DNA of 64,000 nucleotides from Adineta vaga. Its lineage: Eukaryota; Animalia; Rotifera. The stretch covers positions 10,540,001 to 10,604,000 of the forward strand of contig CP075496.1 in assembly GCA_021613535.1 (NCBI GenBank), in the 5' to 3' direction. A program made the position numbers and the translations under genes. The first letter of the stretch is position 1; each line of letters opens with the position of its first letter. Positions 1-13,697 of this stretch are shown here, piece after piece. Under the pieces are notes generated by a model. The model saw nothing but the letters and a program-made list of their open reading frames with translations, ran no database searches and was not told where the DNA came from.

Positions 1-712
1 AAATATGTATCAAACTGAAAAGAAGAATACTATATTTAAAATATACCATATTATTGTCATTATGTCTTTTAGAAGTGATTACAGCGATATCTATAATGAA
101 GAAAAAATACATATTTCTTATTGGGCAATTGTCTATTGACCAATAGGATTGGTCTGTTATTGGACAAAGCAAAACTGTCTTCTCTTCTTCTTCTCTTTTG
201 GGTCAATTAAATATGCAGCTTTTTTCTTTTACGGAATCGTATTATGTTCAATGAAATAGGTATCAACGGATGCTTCATGCTTGTTATGGACTGTATATTG
301 CTGCTGACAAAACGCACCCGCAGTTAAACCCTTACACTCTTTCGAAAAGGATCACATTTTGTTTTCTGCGTTTCAGATCTGGAGAAATAGGCAATGTTAC
401 ATAAACTATAGTTTCGTGAAGAACTAAAGGCTAGATCAAATGAATAAACACGAGCTTTTCATATTTCTAATTCTGAGTATACGACTAATGAATATACATA
501 ACATAGGAAGTGATTTGAATTCTGAAATATTATTCATATCATCTTGTTTACGATATATTCAGGGAATGTGGCTAAAGATGATTTCAGTCGAACAAAGAAC
601 ATTGAATCTAGCAATGCTAGTCGTCACATTGTCTATGATATAATTTGAATAAAAGAAAAATACTTGAGTAAGATGATTTTTACTTTTCTACATTCATTTC
701 TAGATCTGAATA

Positions 713-1386
713 ATGCCAATTCGATTTGCTGTCGTATGTTCGTCGAATCAAAATCGAAGTATGGAAGCACATAATTTCATGAGTAAACGTGGTTTACTTG
801 TCAGATCATTTGGTTCGGGTCAACAAGTGAAATTGCCCGGAACATCATTAGAAAGACCCAATACTTATACATTTGACACAACATATGAATTTATGTATAA
901 AGATTTATATAATAAAGATGCTAATTTATATACACAAAATGGTGTTCTACATATGTTAGATCGTAATCGTCGAATTAAAGAAAAACCTGAACGTTTTCAA
1001 GATTGTCGAGAACGTTTCGATATTATTTTTACAGTTGAAGAAAGAATATTCGATCAAGTTATCGAAGGTAAGAAAAAATTTAACTAATTGAAGATAATTC
1101 TATTCTTAAATAGATTTAGAAAATCGTGATAAACGCACGAATGAAATAGTCCATATCATCAATATTGATGTTATTGATAATCCTGAAGATGCCACACTTG
1201 GAGCATTTATGCTTTGTGAATTGGGTCAAAAAGTAAGCGAAAGATAGAGAATTATGTAAACTATATCTTATGTTTCTCTTTTAGATGGAAGCTACGGAAG
1301 ATTTAGACAATAGTATCGATGAAATTCTGACGGAATTTGAACAAAAAACTAAACGAACTATTCTACATGCTGTTTCATTTTATTAA
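713..1386 (+). CDS. SSU72: RNA polymerase II CTD phosphatase SSU72 (3 exons)
   Basis: N-terminal VCSSNQNRSMEAH catalytic CX5R motif, GSGQQVKLPG, MLDRNRRIK.KPERFQ. Intron 1068-1113 and a second intron to ~1283; C-terminal LHAVSFY ends at TAA 1384-1386. Confidence 0.97.
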
Positions 1387-1508
1387 TTAAGAGAAAAACT
1401 CATTTGTGAAATGATTATTGTGTTTTGTTTTTGTTTTTGTTGTTTAGAAAACAATAATTTGTAATTCTTTTTTGTTTTGTTTGTTTTTTATATTTATTTA
1501 TTGAAGAT

Positions 1509-4500
1509 ATGAACGATCAAGCTACTGAAGCTTCGACTACCAATCAAGAAGGTATGAAGATCTTGAGTAAATAACAAATTCAATCAAATGATTATCTTTT
1601 AGAACAAAATGTTCTTCCAACAACGAAAGAATCACAACAGCAACAACAAGTACAACAACAACAACAACAGATCAATGTTGTTGATGATGCCGCACTTCAA
1701 GCTGTCCTCAGTTCAATGAGTGAAACAGAAATGAATGCTTTCCTCGAAGAATTAAATAAAACAGGCAAAGCATGTAAGACAACATATAGCAATACTTTTT
1801 AGTATTCAACTACGCGCTATTTTTATACTTTAGTTTTGCCTGCTATTGGTCAAACAATTGAATTATTAACTGTTAATGCACCTACAGAATTACCAACAAC
1901 AACGACTCAACCATCAGCAGAAATTCTGCTTCAAGAATTAACAACACTTATTCAACAAGCACCAGCTGATATTGTACCATTGAATATTGAACAAAAGATT
2001 ACTGGACCACCATCACGTACAGGAAATACAGCAGTTAAATCAACAATTACATCAAATAATAATGCAACGATTCGTAAACCTATACAACAACAAATGACAA
2101 ATGATGAACGGATGTTTTTTGGACGACCAACAACTATTGGACAAGGACAATATCATAATCGAACTGGATTAATGCCAGGAAATAGACTACAACAACATCA
2201 ACAACAACAGCAAATGCATCATCAACATCAACAACAGCAGCAACAACAACAACAACAGCAGCAGCAGCAACAACAACAACAACAACAACAGCAACAAACA
2301 ATCTCATCTCAACAACGACGACCCATATCTTGGTTTCAGTAAGTATTCCAAAACAAAAGCAATTTTCTATTTACTTTCCTGTAAGAAAAATGTCTAGAAT
2401 CTAGTGATTTTCTTTTGTAGAAAATGATTTTTCAATTAATTTTTTGTCTATTTCTAGAAATCGTTCTCGACGCCATTCATCAGATGATGATGATGATTCT
2501 GATCGTGATTCATCTCCACCAATGAGTGGTAATGATAGTTTAGGACCAACACGTCGTTCAACACGTGTACCTAAACCAAAACAAGATGCTGATTTCGTTA
2601 CATTTCCTCTTTTGGATCGTGATGAAAATGGTAATCCAATTCCACCAACACCATCATCAATGCCATTAAATAAAGGTGAAGATGATGAAGATGACATTCC
2701 TTATCGTTTAATGGATTATCCACGTCCACAACAACAGCAACAAAATCAACAATCACAATTATCAACAAGCGGACCAGGACGAAAACCGCGTTCAACAGCA
2801 GAAATTCGTAGTACGACGAATATTAATAAAAAACAAGCACGTTGGCCTGATGATGAATTATATCATGTTAAATCCTTTGTCCCACTCATTATGCCACAAC
2901 AAGTGATTAATCCGTCAATAATGAAAAATAAAATGACGCTTTGTAAACCATTAGTATCAGAACGTGAAGTAGAAGCCAAACCAACTAGATTTACAATTGC
3001 TACCCAAACAGGTTAGTTTTGTTGCATTTGTTGTAGTTTTTTTTGGAATCAATTCATATTTTGATTTTCATATAGAAATGGAACATATGATTCCTGATGT
3101 ACCGTTAGTTACTTTACCTGTACCAATATATCTTCCATCACCGACACCAAGTTTTCGTCTATTTAAACCGAAAGCTGTACCAATACCAGTACCATTTTTT
3201 GTTCCAATTATGATACCTGTACAACGTAAAACGTTTAAAAACATACGTGATTATCTTCAAGTAAGATATTTTAATTTTTGTAAAGTTTAAAAAAGAAAAT
3301 TTTAAATATTTAGACTCAACGCGATCTTTTACCTGATGATCCATTTGAAGCTGCACTTGTTATGCATGCAGAAAGTCTTGTTCGTGCAGAAAATCAACCA
3401 CAACAAACGACAGCAATCAATGGTAATGAATCTGTTATGATGATGGATTTAACACGTGATGGTATAGTTAAATTTCACTCTTTTTTTCAAAGTTAACAAC
3501 TATTTATCGTACTAGATTCATTTATAACACCTTCACAAACAATAGAAAATCTCCCAGAACTTGATTTAGAAGCACATTATATCGATCCCATTACATCCAA
3601 TGATCCTGAAGTTCAAAAAGTATAATTAATTCGAATAAGTTTTCTTTTATATAAGAAATTTTCTAGCTTCTTCGAATGTTACCTGATGCTGGATATCGTC
3701 TCAAATGGACTTATGGTGTTGAAGCATTTCAACAATGGAGTGCACAACGTAATCGACCACTTTTATCAACTACACCTGAAGGTAACACTATTGAATCAAT
3801 CGTTTGTATTTCTAATAGGAAAAAGTAACATATTCATTTAGAAGCAGAATTAGCCAAACAATATTTAATCAAATCTGATTTACTTTCATATGTTAATGGT
3901 GATGAATTACAACATGTTATGGATGCATTCATACGTGAAGTTCGTCGACCATCAGGAGAACAATATTTACCAGAGAGTATCTATTATCTCTGTTTAGGTA
4001 ATTTATATCTATTTATAGAATTCTGATTAAATGACATCATCAAATCGTTCTTTAGGTATTCAATTTTATTTGAATATAAATAATCGTCAAATGGATCTGT
4101 TCGATCCACGTTACATTGAATTCAATTCTACCTTGAATAAAATTCTTCAATCATATACACCACGTATCATGCCTGATTGTACGTTACTTTTCTTCGTTGC
4201 ACTATACAGTTTTTTTTTGTCTGTTTTTCTTCTTCTAGCTAATGAATATGTATCATTAATCGATGAAGATTTATTATATGATGTTCATCAATTAGGTATA
4301 TTGACACCATGGTCATTATTAACAACATTACTCTATACAAATTCAAAATATTTCAATTTAAAAACAGTTGAATCACACATGGCTATTTCATTTGCAAATT
4401 TTGGTAAATATGCACAATGGGGACGTCTATCGTCAAATTCATCACAAGGACAACAAATGAATTATCTACGATTTTATGCTCATAATCCAGGTAATAATAT

Positions 4501-4976
4501 TTGAAATACGATTAAAACAATCGATTCATCTTTATCGAAATTTTAGATCTAAAATCTTTAGTCAATTCACCAACTGTTTATGAAATTACGGAACAACTTA
4601 ATGATCCTGTTCGATGTCCAATAAAACAATTTGATTTCTATATTTCTAAATGGTAAGATCAAATTCTGGTAAATAGTCTGCTTTTCTATTCGATTCATTT
4701 CCTAGTCCGGAACAAGTTCGTGGTACAGCTGATGTTTTCTATTTACGTCCAATTCTTGAGCAAATTCAAGAAAATCCAATCTGGTATTCGAATGAATCCT
4801 TAGCACCAACAATTATTGATCAAATTCTCAATAGACTCAAACTAGTACCAGATTTTTATAATCAAACCAAACCTGTTGAAACAAATTCTACTTCATTAAA
4901 TGGAGCTAATTCAGTTTCATCATCAGCATCAGCAGCAGCAACAACAGCAGTAGCATCAGCAACAACCAATAATTAA
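1509..4976 (+). CDS. QRICH1/ZMYM (woc)-like protein with polyQ tract, PVPIPVP motif and C-terminal DUF3504 domain; multi-exon
   Basis: Spliced exons give a polyQ tract, PVPIYLP/PIPVPFFVP, VRRPSGEQYLPESIYYLCLGIQFYL, QLG..TPWSLLTTLLY.NSKYF and RCPIKQFDFYISKCP...FYLRP...PIWYS, typical of the ZMYM2/3/4-QRICH1 C-terminus. No MYM zinc fingers seen. Confidence 0.85.
2189..2300 (+). repeat. CAA/CAG trinucleotide repeat encoding a polyglutamine tract
   Basis: Direct reading; encodes QQHQQQQQMHHQHQ followed by more than 20 Q. Confidence 0.95.
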
Positions 4977-5875
4977 CTTGTTTTATTAGTCATTCATTGC
5001 TTTGTTTGTAATGCTCATTGTTAAGAGCAAATCGCATATGTTTGTACAGAACTTTGTCTCCTCCTCTTTTTTTTTTGTTTCTATCGGTTTGATGAAAATG
5101 TTACATCGTATATACGTGTTCTTGTATTATTTGTTCCATTGATAAAGAAAGAAAACAAACTATATATTGGGATAAGATTAAACAACATCTCTTTCCTGAT
5201 GATTTCATCTTCTTATCAGAACTTTTTTCTTTTTGATTAGACATTTATTAATCTTACAAAAAAATCTTTTTTTCTGCTTCAAACTGTTTTGACAGGCATA
5301 CGTTTACATTAACAACTTAGATATTTTTTGTTTTTGCTATAAAACTAAAAACAAAATGCAAGATTTGATAAAGCTTCATTATTTTATTAGATTTCAAAGA
5401 GTAGAAAAAAAAAGAAATCATTGAAAAGTTCTTGCTAGAACATTATTGTAAATGAAAGAGGACATTTCTTGACTGATCTATTTTATTTTTTGAATGTTTC
5501 TTCCAATTATGTCAGTTTTTCAAATCATTAATTCATCTGCAACGAAATGAAACATTATTGATTTAATCGCAGCAGAAAAGAACAAGAAAAAAAATCTTTT
5601 TGTTTTTGTTATTGATTGTTTTATAATGTTCGTTTTTTTTTTCGAAAAAATCACTTGATGATAGAAACATCATCCATACATTTTCTCTATCAAACCTTAT
5701 GTCAATATTTTTCTTCATTTACCTACAATTATGAAAATGCAAGAAGAGAAAATCTTTCGTCACCTAGCTTTACGCCCTGTTTGTCATCCATACAAAATTT
5801 CCAAACTTATTATATAAACAACATTCATTTTCTATATTCCACTCGTCAACAACAGTCTTCGTACAAAAGTAAAAG

Positions 5876-7439
5876 ATGAGCGCACTATCAGCATCCTCAC
5901 GTCGTCAATTAGTTACTCCTGATTTTAAACCCACAAATAAAAGTGATGATCCATCAACATTTGGTGAATTCTATCGAGCATCATCAGCCATTTCAACAAA
6001 TGATATTAATTTCCCTAAAGTCATTGGTAGAACAGATGAAGTTGGTGAACAAACTTTATATCAAGTAGAGATTGTTAATGAGAAGTTACAGAGAAAAGCA
6101 TTTCGATCTGAATTAGCTAGTAAAAAGAAATGTTTAACACGACGATGGCAAACAGCATTAGTCACTGGCTTAGTTCTTGGATCTCTAATTGCTGGAATAA
6201 GTAAGTGAAAGAAAGTTTTTGATTAATAGTTTTTCGAATTTTATACTGTTTAAATAGGTGGTATTGCATATTGGATGTCTATTCCAAAAACAATTACACA
6301 ACCGTATTTACTCTACGGTGAATCTTGTTATATGAATTCTCGTTCATGTGATGAATCTCGAATGCTTTGGTGTCCAGCTGGTACATGTATATGTACGGGA
6401 AATTATCAATGGAATTCAACGATACAAAATTGTACATGTGGATCATTTTCATCATGGAATGGTTTTCGTTGTCAAGGTTTAGGTTATTATGGTGATCCAT
6501 GTAATTATGTAGCTTGTCGACCGACATTAACATGTGCTCCAGTTATTAATCAAACGTATTCAACTGGTCAAGCTGTTTGCGTCTGTGATAATGCTACCTA
6601 TTTGGATACAGTTAATGCAGCAACAAAAGGCACGTGTGTTCCTCGATTAGCTTATAATACGACTTGTTTATCAAAAGACGAGTGTCAAAATTGGTTAGGC
6701 CTTTCATGCATTAATACAACAGGAAGTAAGATAATGGATTATTTTCTAATTGATATCTATAGAATCTTTCTTTTCTCATAGCTGCAAGATGTGAATGTGA
6801 TACATCAGTATCCTATTGGGATTCATCAGCAGGCAAATGTCAATCAAGTAAAATATCTTTGTCATAGTACTTTTTCGTTCATATTTATAGTCTTATTTCA
6901 TTCTTCTAGAGGTTCTCGGTTGGGATCCATGTAATGCAACTGTTCCATGTGATACGTCAAGAGGTCTGACATGTGTATCAGGTTATTGCGAATGTGATGC
7001 ATATAGTTTTTGGGATAATGTTACAACAAAATACTGTCAAACATTGGTATGTATAAGAAAAAGAATTCTTTTATGTATTTGTTTTACTTCGTATTTTATT
7101 TAGAAAACGTATGCTGTTACCTGTCAATATGATTTTCAATGTAATCAAACAGTTAATCTTTCATGTCCATCAGTAAGCACAGGTTGTAATTGTTATTCAA
7201 CATCATACGCAGGCATGTGTGATTGTCAAACCACTGATTTTTGGGACGGACTTCGTTGTACCGGTCGACACTCATTTAATGGAACTTGTCCAGGACAATA
7301 TGCTTGTTCATCGAATCTGGTTTGCTATTTAGGGCATTGTATATGTCCTGGTAATATGCAATGGGGAGCCTTAACTGCCGGTCAATGTGATTGTGTGTCA
7401 CCGTTAACGTGGAATTCTGTGATTAACACCTGTCAGTAA
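5876..7439 (+). CDS. Type II membrane protein with Cys-rich EGF/EB-like extracellular repeats; multi-exon
   Basis: Cytoplasmic N-terminus, hydrophobic ALVTGLVLGSLIAGI|SGIAYWM segment across an intron, then repeated CxCxxxxxWxxxxC modules over several exons to TAA 7437-7439. Confidence 0.8.
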
Positions 7440-7956
7440 ATACAACGGCCCATTGAACACTATCGTTACCAATAAACAGATTAAAGGAAAAAATTCGTTT
7501 CTTTCTATGTATTCAGAAGTTTTTCAGAGTTCATTTTGAACCGTTGAAAGATTGTATTTTTTAAATTTTGCTTTATAAAATGCAGAAGGTGATGTTCCTC
7601 TTAAATGTCATTTCATTCTTACATGTGATAGTCTTAACAACCTACTTTTATATTAAAAGCAAAGATGTACAGTATGAATATACTAGCGAACAAAGAAACA
7701 AAACAATCAAATTACTTTAGAATTGAATATTCTATACATGATGCTATGTCTAAATTCTGGTTCCATATTCTGTTATTAATGTTTTTGATCTGATATAATT
7801 GAACTGATAACAGTGTTCTTATTCTTCTTTTTAATTAGTCGTTTGATCTTTTCCAATCCTTTGACAATTAATGAATTGATCCGATGAGCTCATTTAATTG
7901 ATATCTATAATATATTTGACTTGCAATCAGAAACAGAAATATTCTATTCATTCAAA

Positions 7957-8423
7957 ATGTCATCTCAATCTCGTCATGTTTATACTCAAAATGAACGCAT
8001 GATATTGGAAGCAAGTTTTGCTAATCAACCACATCCTAATATTCACGAAAAAGAAAGATTAGCTAGATTATTGAATTGTAATATCATTCAAATTTCTAAC
8101 TGGTTTCAAAATTATCGAGTAAGTTAACTCCGTTTCGTATTTTACAAGTTATTATGTATTTTATTTTTCTTTTCTAGCGTCGTTTCAAGAAAGAAAACCG
8201 AAAAACTACGAAACTAAATACAAACAACGAATCCAAAAATTCTGTTGTATATGATACATCGTATTATCAATCTCCACCGACTTATTGTCCATATTGTCTT
8301 AATCAAGATTACTCTTCATATTCTCATCCTCCACCGTCATCATTTCAAAATAACTATTCCTACGAATCGAATTATACACAACCGATATTTTTTGATGATT
8401 ATGTTGTTAGTTATAACACATAG
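7957..8423 (+). CDS. Small divergent homeodomain protein (~135 aa, 2 exons)
   Basis: RHVYT...LEASF...HP...KERLA...QISNWFQNYR|RRFKK with F20, W48, F49, Q50, N51 and R53. Intron 8119-8177; Tyr/Ser/Pro-rich tail ends at TAG 8421-8423. Confidence 0.9.
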
Positions 8424-8526
8424 ATTTCTTTTGTTCAAAATAAATTGGCGCTTGATTTAAACTATCATACTAAATTTTGTTGACTCCTTTCTTTACATAC
8501 TTTTTTTTATCTGAATTTTTTCAATA

Positions 8527-10266
8527 ATGAAAAAAGTCGGTTCAACACGACGTCATCATACGGAAAAAACGATTATTGATGCGTTGTTGAAAATATCAGA
8601 AATCGTTCAGAAAACAGAAACTAGTCGACAAACGAAGAATGTAAATAAAAATTCGAAAAAAGCAATTGGTGATGGTGATTATAAAGGCTTGTACAATAAT
8701 GAAAAGGAGGACCAACAAGTACCGGTACCTCCACCTATGCGTACGTTAGATTCTTATGTATCAGAATTTAATCAACCATCAAATTGTAATCAAACATCAA
8801 ATCAATACGAACGAAATGTTTTACAAGATTTTGAAAAAAGAAGTAGATCAATTTATATTGAAGAACAATGAAACATAGATAGTTTTTCTAGATGATCGAT
8901 CGTATAAACGACATTATTCCGACACATCCTGCTCATCAAATAATGATGTCAATCAAGAACGATCTTTAAAACGTCGTTTTAGTTCTAGTTCCTTTCAATC
9001 TGATAAAACTTCACAACCGGTAAGATGAATTAAAAGGTTTCCAAATATATATGAATCGAAATTATTTAGGTATGTGAAGAATTGAAAACTGTCGATAATC
9101 AACCAACTATTACTAGTATTAATTCTCCAACGATGACGAATCAAGTGAAATCTATCTCGACTACAATTATTGATGATCAATCATCATATTCACTTTCGAT
9201 ACCTGTATTGTCCGCTACTGTTAAACAAGGAGAACCAGCATTTATGTCTTCATCAAATAACTTAAATGATCAAAAGGAAGATTTAAACAAAGTCATGGAT
9301 AAACAATTACAAGCGACATTAGAAAAGCGTTTACGAGATCATTTATTATCTTCAACGTCAATAAGAAATCAATCAAAAACTCCACCAATTACATTAACAA
9401 AATCAGAAACTGGAAAATTAATGAATGCAATACATTCAAACAAACAAACATGTGACTTAGAACATTATAATAAACAGGTTAGATAACTTGAATTCGAAAT
9501 TTGAAAAAAAAACTTCAATTCGTTTGTCTTCTCATTTCAGCGTGAATTAGCCATGGTTGCTGTTCAACAGAGCAACTATTCATTATCTTATAATATCTAT
9601 ACGAATCTATTACATGAGAATCGATATGATTACAAATTGAAATCAGACATTTTAGCGTCACGTGCCACAAGTTTATTGTTAGAACAAAAATATTTTGAAT
9701 CTATTGAAGATTGTACACAAGCAATTGTTTTTAATCAATGGAATAAATTAGCATATGTTGTACGTGCGGCATGTTGGATGATTAAACATGAATATGTAAA
9801 AGCTGTGGAAGATTATTCAAAACTATTCCATTTCTTTGATCAAAGTCAATATGTTCTTGATTTATTGAATATAGCTTTTGAAAAATCAAAACAATTAAAG
9901 AATGATAATAATCCTATAACTCCGAAGATGGAACTTGAAAATAAAAATCTTTCTTCTATGACAAATATTAAATCATCAATCGATACAGATATTCACAATC
10001 CTACGAAATCACTTTCTTTAGCATCACCCACAGCTTCATTTATTCAACCAGCTGTCTATCTATGTTATCCTTATCAAGCTTATCCAACTTGGTATACTAA
10101 TAATAATGAAGAACCAATTCAATATTCTCATGAAATCAAACAAATCTCATCAAATAACAATGCATATTTATCCTCATTCGAACCGAAATCAGATATTGAA
10201 GGTCAATCATTATTTGAGATTGAAAATTCACGATTTAATACACAAAAAAGAAGAAATCTATATTGA
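8527..10266 (+). CDS. TPR-repeat protein with low-complexity flanks; multi-exon
   Basis: ASRATSLLLEQKYFESIEDCTQAI...AYVVRAACWMIKHEYVKAVEDY resembles the DNAJC7-type TPR consensus. ORF pieces are joined by short GT-AG introns. Confidence 0.7.
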
Positions 10267-10377
10267 TCATTCTAACTAACATTCATTCATTGATATTTTA
10301 TGTTTTTTCTCGTATTCAAATAAAATATTCTGACAATACAACGACTAGAATAATATTGTAAAAAAGAGAATTGATGA

Positions 10378-11060
10378 CTACGAATAAGTGATTCCACCAA
10401 ATGATACTTCCATTTGTGTTTGTTGATCAGCAAATGCGATCCAATCAGAATTATATGTTGGTAATAAACCCATCGATTGACATTTGTATAAAGCTAATGC
10501 TAAATGAGTGAGATTACCCAAAAAATACATAATTTTATGTAACCAAATGTTTCCAACTAAACCTTCTTGTTCCAATGAAGAAAATGCTGATCCAAGTGAA
10601 ATGATTGCCTAGAATACAAAGAAATAAAACTAATTTCTAAAACAAAATCTGAATAGTGATAACCCACTTGAATAGGTTTCATGAATAACATGACAACGAT
10701 CATAATTGACATTAATGAAAATGTATTTCCAGCCATCCATGCTAAAACAACATTCATAGGTAATTGTTTTATTGGTTGTAATGCTATATCCCATGAACGT
10801 CTCGCTAATAAACGTTCATCATCTTCTGGTGTTAATAAATCTGACACTCGTTGTTCACTATAACCAATTGGTGATAATAAAAGATTCGTATTATTATTAT
10901 TATTACTAATAGATGTTGCTGTTGTACTTGTTATGATACTGTTTTCATTAGTTGTACCTGGGAGCCGTTCATTTCGACGAAGTTGAAAATCAATAAACCA
11001 TTTTCGACGTGAAGGTGTCGGCCGTGTAGATGTATTCGTTGACGGGTGTGGACTAGACAT
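10378..11060 (-). CDS. EMC4: ER membrane protein complex subunit 4 (TMEM85)
   Basis: PIGY, RSWDIALQPIKQLPMN...WMAGNT.S, LALYKCQSMGLLPT..SDW. One internal intron near 10609-10667. A possible upstream exon ends ATG|GTAAGT at 11332-11324. Confidence 0.96.
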
Positions 11061-12045
11061 CTGAAAGATAGATATCAAACTAGTCATATCTTCAAGGATA
11101 TATTTTATACAGCAAATCAATCTCTATCAACAATAAACTTAAGAATATCTTTTGTAAAAAAGACAGTTACTTTCATAGAGGAGGTTTTTATTTCGACAGA
11201 TACATAGAAAATAATTCGATCGATAGATTTAATATCAAGTGCAATCATATACGATCAAACCTCTATCTTATAGCAGACGTAATCACATATGTAATAATTG
11301 TCAAGGACCATTTCAGTACGAATACTTACCATCGTTTCGCGCTCTCTAAAACCATGATAAACATGTGCAAAGAACTGTATTTCACAGCTGTTTTCAGATC
11401 TAATTATAGTGGATTTTCACAATCTCAAAAAGAATTGTCAATGTTGTTATAAACATTCGATAGAAGACACCGATATTCCGGTACGGAAAACTGAATGTCT
11501 TTGTGACAATGAATAATCTGTTCTTACCAGTTGATGTAATTGAAAGATACACAATATCAATTCTACTATCCTTACCTTTTACAAAGTTTTTTCGTAGTTT
11601 AATTCATCTTTTTCTCGCTCTTTTTGCGAAAAGAAATGATATGACTTTTCAAAATATCGAATTAAATTGAGAAATCTGCTTGTAAGATTAAATTATAATA
11701 GAAATTTACAATAAAAAAATGAGAAAGTATCAATAATACGATAAATAAAAAACAATCCATCAAATCAATTGTAGCAAATTATTTTCCAGCGAAGAAAACC
11801 CGTTGCAATTTTTAATGATATATTCCTACTATTATGTTTTATCTAAAATTAAGCAACGAATATAGAATGAATAATTTTAGAAAAAAAAGAAAGAAACACA
11901 ATTCATTTTCATTAAATAAATATTTTACTTAAAACAAAACTTTTATCGATATACAAAAAGATAGAAGAAAAACAAACTTGGAACGTAAATTGAAAGAAAA
12001 AAGAAACTCATAAGAGATTAGAATATTTTTTCAACAAAGTTCACT

Positions 12046-13051
12046 TTATTTTGCTTGATCATTGGGTACATTCGAATCTTTCAATGGATTCTTCAAAAAT
12101 CGACCACCAACACGTACAAATGGATTATTAAATGGATTAAATTGTGGATCTTCATTGCTATTTCTATCGTTTATATTATCACCACGTGTTAAATGATATA
12201 AAACTGTTAGAATTGTAATAAAAACAAACAGAACAATAAATATCATATAAATTGTATAACGAGTACGAGACATAGGTGTCTGATTCTTGGAAACACCTTT
12301 TCGATTTGTTGTTTGTCGTGAACGTAACCATCGTGCAAACCAAGTAAAAACACTACGACGTTTATATTTATCTTCGACGTCAGGATCATTTTCTCTCGAC
12401 TAAATTTGAAAAAAATAACTATGCATTTCAAAAATGATTTGTTACATATCAACATACTTGCGGGGTGTATGTTGTTGATTCTTGTGCCATGTCAATCGTT
12501 CGATGTGGCAAATGTGATAATCGATTTGTTTCTCCTATCGTATTAATGTTACTTGTAGTTGGATTCACAATGACATAACCATTTTTTTCTGTTTCCATCA
12601 ATGATTGTTGTTTTTCATGATGCACTACAGACTCATTCGAAGATAGACTTGGTAAATTTGTTGCCCACTGAACATTTGCTAATTTTCTTCGGACATGATC
12701 AGCAACTGGCGAGACAAGATTCTCTGGTGGAAAAACACACTTATGACATATTGGACATGTGTAACCATCGGGTGCAGTATGAGATGGAAATGAACGAAAA
12801 TATTCATCAAGACACGACCAATGAAATAGATCATAACAGATCAATCGTATAGTTTCTTCTCCAGCATCCGTTAATGATCGTTGACATAGAGAACAATTGG
12901 GATTAAAATCATTATCTTGTAACCATGATACGTAAGAACGTACAATGCATTGTGGATGTTCATTGACCAGACATGATTCACAAACATTTACATGATGTTT
13001 GAAACAAAATAAAGTGGAAACTTTGCGTAGAGGACATCTGCAAAGTCCCAT
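12046..13051 (-). CDS. ZFPL1: Zinc finger protein-like 1 (B-box/RING-PHD, C-terminal TM)
   Basis: [68 protein letters not shown]-terminal TM followed by [10 protein letters not shown]. Confidence 0.97.
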
Positions 13052-13373
13052 GATTTGATCAATTAAGTAAAACTAATAGCACTCGTTTGAAGGTTGATTA
13101 GATAGACACATCGTCAATGGATTAAAAACGGTATTCATTGGACCATTGACTAACCAATCAGAAAATAATCAAGAAATTAAATCTATACTATTTAATTATA
13201 TTTAGAATTTAAAATTATTTTTTCCTATAAATAAAACTATAAAATATTTTAACCAATAAAAATTTATCATCGATGCTGACTGTTTACTTATTGCATATAT
13301 TATGTCATCATCTTTCTTCTCTTCTACTCATTATAATTTTTTTTCATACTTTAATTACGACGAATCAATTTGT
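13052..13373. promoter_or_regulatory. Candidate bidirectional promoter between ZFPL1 and the NDUFB1-like locus
   Basis: Head-to-head genes ~320 bp apart with several CCAAT/ATTGG boxes (~13137, ~13155, ~13253). Confidence 0.5.
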
Positions 13374-13697
13374 ATGGCTGATGGATCTTCATCAGTAACA
13401 ACTACAAATCCACGACCAGCATCAAATCCTTCACTGCCGATCGAATATCAAATTCGTCCACCTAATCTTCCATCTGTACGCGAATCTCCCTTAACTGGTC
13501 TCGGTGCACCTAAATATCTACCACGATCAATTTGGTACGAACTTTGGAAATCCAAATTAGCATTTATACTTTTTGCTACCTCAACTACTCTAATCTATTA
13601 CGACTATCAACGTACACAACGTTATAAAGCTCAGAAAGCTTTAAACACTGCTAGTGAAGCAAAAGAAGCACAAAATAAATCATGGCCTTCGAAGTAA
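13374..13697 (+). CDS. Small single-pass membrane protein (107 aa from ATG 13374) of unknown function
   Basis: Host-like codon usage, Pro-rich N-terminus, hydrophobic LAFILFATSTTLIYY segment, then DYQRTQRYK. It overlaps the downstream ORF. Confidence 0.6.
   Translation: MADGSSSVTTTNPRPASNPSLPIEYQIRPPNLPSVRESPLTGLGAPKYLPRSIWYELWKSKLAFILFATSTTLIYYDYQRTQRYKAQKALNTASEAKEAQNKSWPSK

Noticed and set aside
440-643. Short ORF upstream of SSU72, representative of many 60-100 aa antisense or off-frame ORFs in the track
   Set aside because: No recognisable motifs. These are AT-rich chance ORFs or shadows of real exons.
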